DNA from: Kudoa neothunni
Lineage: Eukaryota > Animalia > Cnidaria
DNA length: 64,000 nt
Direction of reading: 5' to 3'
Assembly (NCBI GenBank): GCA_964304625.1
Contig: OZ199840.1
Span: 2,592,787-2,656,786, forward strand
A program made the translations under genes and the position numbers. The notes beneath the pieces were generated by a model. It ran no database searches. It was not told the origin of the DNA and saw nothing but the letters and a program-made list of their open reading frames with translations. Shown here piece after piece: positions 57,377 through 64,000 of this stretch (its first letter is position 1; every line of letters begins with the position of its first letter).

Positions 57377-59783
57377 ATGCAACCTATAAGTATTGACACT
57401 GTTCTCAATAATGTGGCAGTTTATGACAGAACAAAGCAATTATTGACAATAGTTGACGTAGCAAGCAATTCCACAATTGCTCATTATGATCAACTCCGAA
57501 TCAATTCCACTGTCACCATGGATCAGTGTTGGACCTATGCATGTAGTAGAAAAAGATCCAATGTAAAATCTCGATAATTTTATTAATTTGTTATCCGAAC
57601 AACATTAGGATAGCAAAAAGGTTATTTCTATGGAGTCCACTTTGGAAAACCGAAGGAATGTTAAAGCTGACTATTTTTATATGTTGTAATGAGGCGAAAG
57701 TTGGTTCAGTCAAAACTCCGTCCATACAACTAATAAATCTTCAAAAGAAACAAACTTCTCTAATGGAAATGTCTGCCATTTTACCTAAAAATCGCAAAAA
57801 TCATGCATCACAGTTATCGATTGGTGCTATGGCCGTTCATCCTTTTGATCACATTCTGTTCACTGGATGCAATGATGGTTCGGTTGTAAGATGGTGTTTT
57901 GGAGAAAAACAACAAACAAAGTATATCCCACAACTATTAAACGGATATTTTAACATCTTGTTTATTCGTTGAATTGAATAATATTTTTTCACATCTCAAA
58001 ATAGCATTAAAAGTTATCTAATATAAATTCATATGTATTATTAAAATCTAACATTATTTATCGTAGACTGGATTACACATGTTCCTCCAGCGTAATTGCT
58101 ATGGCCATCAATGTCAATAACAACACTTTGATATTTATGGAGGAAAAATCTTCAACTTTCCATATAGCAGCGATCGATAAATCGCTTAGGAATTTATTTG
58201 CTATTAAAAACGAATGGCATCATTCAAGTATCTCACTGAGGATAGTTAGCAATGATATGTTCGGTGTGTGTGTAATAAATCGCAGATAACTCTCTTCAAA
58301 GCAGCCACCGAAAAAAAACCTCCGATTTCACTAAATTTTATTCAATCCATCTCAAAGACAACATCTCCGATTTTGATGTGTTGAGTATAAGGTGAATGCT
58401 ATATTTTTAGCAAATCAGCTTAATATTTGTACTATTTGGCAATACTTAATCGAAAGCAAACTTCCCTATCAATTTATCCTCTTCAAAATATCTATAACGC
58501 TGGTTCTAATGATGACACGGGAAATGCATCACCCCTTTATAATATTAATATTACATCTGAAAATGAAACTATACATTTAATTAAAATAAAATTGGTAGCA
58601 CAAACATCCAATAACGTTTCTCCTATTTGTCTTATCTATTACATGTTGGGACAGGATAATCATTCGAATTCATCAGATAGACCCAATTTTAGAATTTCAA
58701 TAATTGTATGATTGCACAAATCTCTATGAATTTTCTTAAAACTTGAATTAGTACTTGGATGATCTTAAATGGGGTGCAAACTCTGTGGTATTAGATAGAC
58801 ATTCGGTGGATATGGATAGATTGGAACCGATTCTAAATCGTATGGCCAATGTTATTGAAGAGTCACCAACTCGCAAGCTCAAACAGACCGAATCCTCAAA
58901 TCCAACCATGGCAGATAATAATGACGAAGGTTACACAATTAAATCGTTGCCAACTACCAAAACTCTTGTTCAAACTCTCACCCAAGTGATCAACAGCAAT
59001 GATAATCGACTATTGGAAGACATAATTAACCGCACATCAACACCTATTATTGACAATAGTGTTCAATTGCTGTCGTCTCCTCTTGCCTATCGTCTACTCT
59101 CTTTGGTATAAAATGATAGATGTGCAAGTGTTGAAATTGAATTTAGTTGACGGATAAAATCGAATCCAACCCTTCAAAGTATTTCCCCTTATTTATGATT
59201 TTAGTTGGTGTGGATCCGAGTTGTTAATTGTTAATATCGACAATTTTATTCAGGTCGTCAGAATTGGCCTATTGGATTAAATCAATTCTCACTCATCATA
59301 TTTCGTTTCTTTCTACTGTAAGTGAAGTTGTTGATTACCCATTAACGTTCGACTGATAGATTCTCACCAATACAAAGGAGAGTAGTGACATCAATCCAAT
59401 ACAAAAACTACAAAACATCCTAGAGTTTAGATCTCACTTTTATGGCCAACTTTGTGAGATACAAGGGCGAGTATCCGTTGTTGTCAATCATGTAAATTCA
59501 TCTCATTCCAATTTTATATCTATACACATACATTTAAGGTTAAACGTGAAAAAACATTTGACAAACAAACCGAACTTGAGTACAAGCTCATCAAACCTGT
59601 AATCAATGTTGATGAAAACCCATTAGAACCAACTCATTCTCCTGGCCTTACTGATTCCGATTCTAGTGCTCATTCCGAGCAATTCAGTAACGATAATGTA
59701 ATTATTTTATGGAATGTATATCTTTTAATTTTAATTAATAGATGGAAGAAATGGATAGTTCTGAAGAGTCGATGGATCTTTGA
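57377..59783 (+). CDS. WDR43: WD-repeat protein with a C-terminal Utp12 domain and acidic tail (WDR43/UTP5-like), multi-exon, divergent
   Basis: WD motif AMAVHPFDHILFTGCNDGSVVRW. Utp12-like TLVQTLTQVINSNDNRLLEDII..IIDNSVQLL..LL..L..KIESNP..YWIKSILTHHISFLS..LEFRS..LCEIQGRV. Acidic end MEEMDSSEESMDL*. Middle exons were not fully resolved. Confidence 0.8.
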
Positions 59784-61166
59784 TGTTTATCTTGTATTAT
59801 GTAGTTGGTGTAGTTGATTAATTTAATGTGTTGATGTTCTTTGAGCGTGCCATCCTGAAATATAGCTTATTGTTTATTTTATATGATTTATTTGTTGATT
59901 AAAATAAATATTAATAAATTTATGGTCTACTTTGATGTATTTAAACTATGTATATTCATGGAAATAATTTTTAATTAATTATGTATACAATTGCGCGCTG
60001 TTGTTTGAGTGAAACAATATTATAGCTTTTATTTGATGTGTCGGTGTTACAAATAAGAGATAATCAATTTCAATCCTCGAATATCTGGAGATGGTCAATC
60101 AGCGCTTATTATATCAACAACTTTTACAAAGGAACTTATTTCCTTTTTTCCCTATGTGTATTTTGTAGCATAATGGTGCTTTAAAAATATTTAAATAATG
60201 GAGTTTTACGTTTAAAATTAAAAAAAGAAAAAAGTTAAACATATCTGAACATGCCCAGCTTATAAATAATAACATTTAGATAATTAAAATACATAAAAAA
60301 GCTTTTCTGCAGTAGAATAAATATTATAAGTGCACTTAGGAGCAAGGAGTTTGCTTTTAATTCATTTTTAATGTTTCTATAACAACCTGATTCTGTTAAC
60401 TAATTTAATCTGGTTTGTAAATCGCGCGTATTATAATAATTTTGTTAAATTACATATCAACGAAAAGTAATAAATCAAATATAATTGTTTAAAGTTTAAT
60501 TTAGACCGTCTTATCATAAATTAATTTATAACGTACGAATTTATCGATTAACATATTTCTGTCAACAATGGAAGAGATATCATAGTAAAATCATGGATTT
60601 TGAGAATAATCAAAACCTTATCTGTTAAAATAATAAAAGGAAAAAGAAAATGGGAAAAATGAAGCAATAATAAAGCAGTTTATCTCCAATTTCTCAAGCT
60701 ATTCAAAATACATACGAGCATAGTTTTTCCTGTTCTTCGCACTTGTGCAAATAAACGTCACAAGAATGCATCATTGATTTATTTCTATTAAATTTATTAT
60801 ATTTTAATATTTAACAATAACGTAACTAATTATATTCTTAATCTCAAGTGCAACGATTTTTATTATTTTATTACATTTTTGCGTGTGTTCGAGAGTTGAC
60901 TACATTATTCACTAATATTTTCTTTACAATATTGCATTATGAAGCTAATTATAAGATAATGGAATATTTAAAAAGATTTTTTTACTTAGAATTGTTGATT
61001 TTAAAGATCGAATATTAACACACATATTTTATGTACCAGTAGTGGAGTGTAATAATTTAAAATTCAACATATTTAGCGACAGGTGCGAGAATTTTAAAAA
61101 TGAATAAAATATAATACTTGGACAGAAAAATAAAGATTATTAACAATACAAAAGGTGAACAACAAA

Positions 61167-61943
61167 CTAAAAGATCCATGGAAAGTTTATCATTATATCT
61201 GCCATCGAACGAGTTGAATTGTTGTGATAGATACGAAGATAGTTTATATGATGTTGGACAATTTCATGTCGTCTCGTGTAGTACCACTTTGGGAAAGCTA
61301 TCCAATCTCTCCAAGTTTTAAGTTTTTCGGCAAAAGTAATTTTAACGTAAGCAATCCAAAAGATAATCAATGAAAGAGCATATCCCGTCGCACCTCTGTT
61401 CACATATTTCCTTCTTCGTTCAAAAGACCCTTCATACAAAGGTCTGTTGTGCGGTTTCGGTCGTCTCAAATATAACAGTAGTCGATTGTAGCCGGTGTCG
61501 CTTTGAATTACACGCAAACTTTGGGTAGTATCGTCTGAGGTGGGTAAGCGCCCAGATCTCAACTTCAAATCGTACATAGAACGTTGTTCTATGTTGCTTA
61601 AAATTTTGTAAGCATTTTCGATTTTCTCAACACATCTTCTTTCGGTGAATGTGGACTCTTTCGAATGATCAAATATTGATTTCAAATTAACATAAGCATC
61701 CTCAATCTCCAGCTGCGATGCGTCCTCTGAAACACCTAAAACCTTGTAACAACATGTCGATGATTCCAATTTCTCGATTATTTGATCGTTGCTTTTAAAT
61801 CTAACAAATACCCTCGGTTGCACAACTAAAAAATTAGAATATTTCAACCTAAATACTCGCAACATTTTAAAATGTGAGCATGCGTAAACTGATGATTTTA
61901 AGCTTCCGAGCGTCTTTGGGATCAACCCGACCCGATTCCACAT
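61167..61943 (-). CDS. Intronless J-domain-like protein with a basic N-terminal (mitochondrial-type) leader and one TM helix (DNAJC30/DNAJC4-like layout)
   Basis: YKVLGVSEDASQLEIEDAY..KIENAYKILSNIEQRSMYD. Hydrophobic GYALSLIIFWIAYVKI. The start is MWNRVG at 61943 or the upstream ATG of the tracked ORF. Confidence 0.8.
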   Translation of the reverse strand: MWNRVGLIPKTLGSLKSSVYACSHFKMLRVFRLKYSNFLVVQPRVFVRFKSNDQIIEKLESSTCCYKVLGVSEDASQLEIEDAYVNLKSIFDHSKESTFTERRCVEKIENAYKILSNIEQRSMYDLKLRSGRLPTSDDTTQSLRVIQSDTGYNRLLLYLRRPKPHNRPLYEGSFERRRKYVNRGATGYALSLIIFWIAYVKITFAEKLKTWRDWIAFPKWYYTRRHEIVQHHINYLRIYHNNSTRSMADIMINFPWIF

Positions 61944-62739
61944 TGTGATGTATTTTATATATTCCAATGAAATCACGGCCATCATTAACTCATAGTTTAA
62001 CTTTAGAGCAAAATTTTTTATACGAACAAAAATATTATGAGCTGTACATTAAACAATTTTTTTGTAATTTAATGCGTTTTTGATAAATCTAACTATGAAA
62101 TTTAAAAAAATAATTATATGAATTAGGGGATGAACGATTTTAACAAAAATTACGAGTTTTGATTCTCTTTTTTCGAATTAAAAAAATTTTAAATTCGATA
62201 ACACTAACAATATATCTTGATAAATATAGTGCTATTCAGAAGCTTGACAGGTCTTAAGTAATTAAAATTTTCTATCAGATATTATTTAAATTAAGATGCG
62301 CTCAAATATATTAAAAAATTTTGTTTCTATCAATTTTTAATAATGTAGATAAAGTTAAAGTTAGTAAACAAAATAATAATTATTAAATATGATGATAGTT
62401 TTTTAATTTAGGTAAAATTTGAATGGTTGGCGTTTTAAAGAATATTTTGACATAAACTATAAAGATGTAAATAAACATTTACGCAATGAGAGTCCAAATT
62501 ATTATAAGAAAAATATTGTCTTTATCCTAGACTGAGACAAAGATGAGAACAATTGTTGCACTTTTTAAATCAATAACATTTTTGGGAGTAAAACTTAAGA
62601 AATCTTCCAGGTATATACTAACAAGAATCGTCGAAGAAATATATTTTTCTGCAGTATTAAAATTATATGTAATCTTATTAGTACACATTTTACTAATTAT
62701 ACAGTTGTTATATAAATAATTAAATATATCTTATGATTT

Positions 62740-63350
62740 CTGAAATATACAAAAACCAAAACAAAACCTTCGCGATGTTTCATTTTCCTAAGAGGTCGCA
62801 ACAAATGTTTTCATGTTTTTTGTTTCACTCGATAAGGATAAAAAATTATTGTATGAATTGGCCGGAAATATGAATTTAACTTCTTTATTTACTGGCGATT
62901 GGTTTCTAGAAGTTGTTTTTAAATTTAAAAATTGTTATACAACATTTTTCAAATTCTACAACACGTTGAGTTGATTCCTACAACGAGGGATCATGACCAA
63001 TGTCACCATGTTATGGCATTTTTTTAATTTAATATAATGGATCATCATGTGTTTCGATCTTATTAATGAAAGAAAAAGGTATAAATTAACATAAAATCCT
63101 TTTTATGGTGCTAAAGTTTCATTATGGAAAATATTTTTCATGATGTATTTGAAATTAATGGCATGTTAATGAAAAACAAAAATATCGTCAAGAAAAATCA
63201 TATGTGGATGGAAAAACCACATAAGAGAAATCTATATGGAATATTTCATTCATCAGAGATACCCTATTGATGGTGTTGATGTGATTGAGAAAATAAACGA
63301 ATCTCAAGTTAGTAAACGAAAATATCATCGCGGGAGGGTCCTCGTAAACT
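62740..63350 (+). mobile_element. Merlin transposase remnant (5' half)
   Basis: DTPIDGVDVIEKINESQVSKRKYHRGRVL (cf. IGG.G.IVEIDES...KRKYHRGR). Truncated next to a TA|CAGTAGAACC Tigger-like end at about 63357. Confidence 0.75.
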
Positions 63351-64000
63351 AGAATACAGTAGAACCTGGATATTACGTAGTTTCACAAGTTCATTGAAAT
63401 ATAAAGGATATTTTAAATTTTTTAATCAAAATTTGCTCCTATATTATTTAAATTAATGTGAACTGAGCGAGAGAAGATAAAAAGTTTTTATTCAAGAAGT
63501 ATAAATTAAAGTTAGTGTGCTAAAACTAAAATCTCGCTACTGCGTAACATTTTGTTCAGTTTAATCCTCAATTAATCTTCTTTTTGAATTCTGCGAAACA
63601 AAAATGGTAAGGAATCAGCGAACAGTGGTTGAAAAAAAGATGGAGATTGCACGTGTGTCCGACAGCGTTCGGATGAAAAATTATTAAAATTTAGAAGTTA
63701 TTATTTTTAGCTGAATTTTCGCTCTCCATATTCTTTTATTTTATCATGGAAAACGATGAAAAAAGAAATTCGAAAATATTCGCAAGAGGGTGTTTTTAGA
63801 TGCCGCATACTTTATCATTACCAACAAAATCTTAGATATGAGATTTATATTAAATTTGAAGCGAAGAAAAATATGAGGAATTGAATATAAACAATTACGA
63901 TCTTCACCTTGATTTACTGGAATTTTTGAAGTATGTTACCTCATGTCATAATTTCATATTTTAGTATCAAATAAAAACTTGATATCAGTGTTTTTTTCAA

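Overview
Very AT-rich eukaryotic DNA, almost certainly from an animal (Kunitz domains, metazoan-type DHX15 N-terminus). Genes are compact, with many short GT-AG introns (mostly about 34-100 nt). This style fits a miniaturised invertebrate genome such as an orthonectid, but that is inference only. Recognisable genes are RRS1, DHX15/PRP43, a secreted five-Kunitz-domain protein, an SLC26A11-like anion transporter, TRAPPC2L, WDR43/UTP5 and a J-domain-like membrane protein, plus two uncertain spliced genes. The intergenic space is a mosaic of decayed and nested mobile elements: piggyBac, pogo/Tigger, hAT, Merlin, Helitron, one tRNA-headed SINE and a possible CR1-like RT relic. The most notable observations are: a GC-rich four-way-junction element with a U1-like layout (38.1-38.3 kb); an apparently intact composite SINE with a 12-bp TSD; a piggyBac-ended element holding a ~365-bp near-perfect palindrome; the degenerate multi-Kunitz protein; a J-domain lacking HPD; and E-boxes just upstream of ribosome-biogenesis genes. 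All coordinates and alignments were read by eye, and no searches were run.
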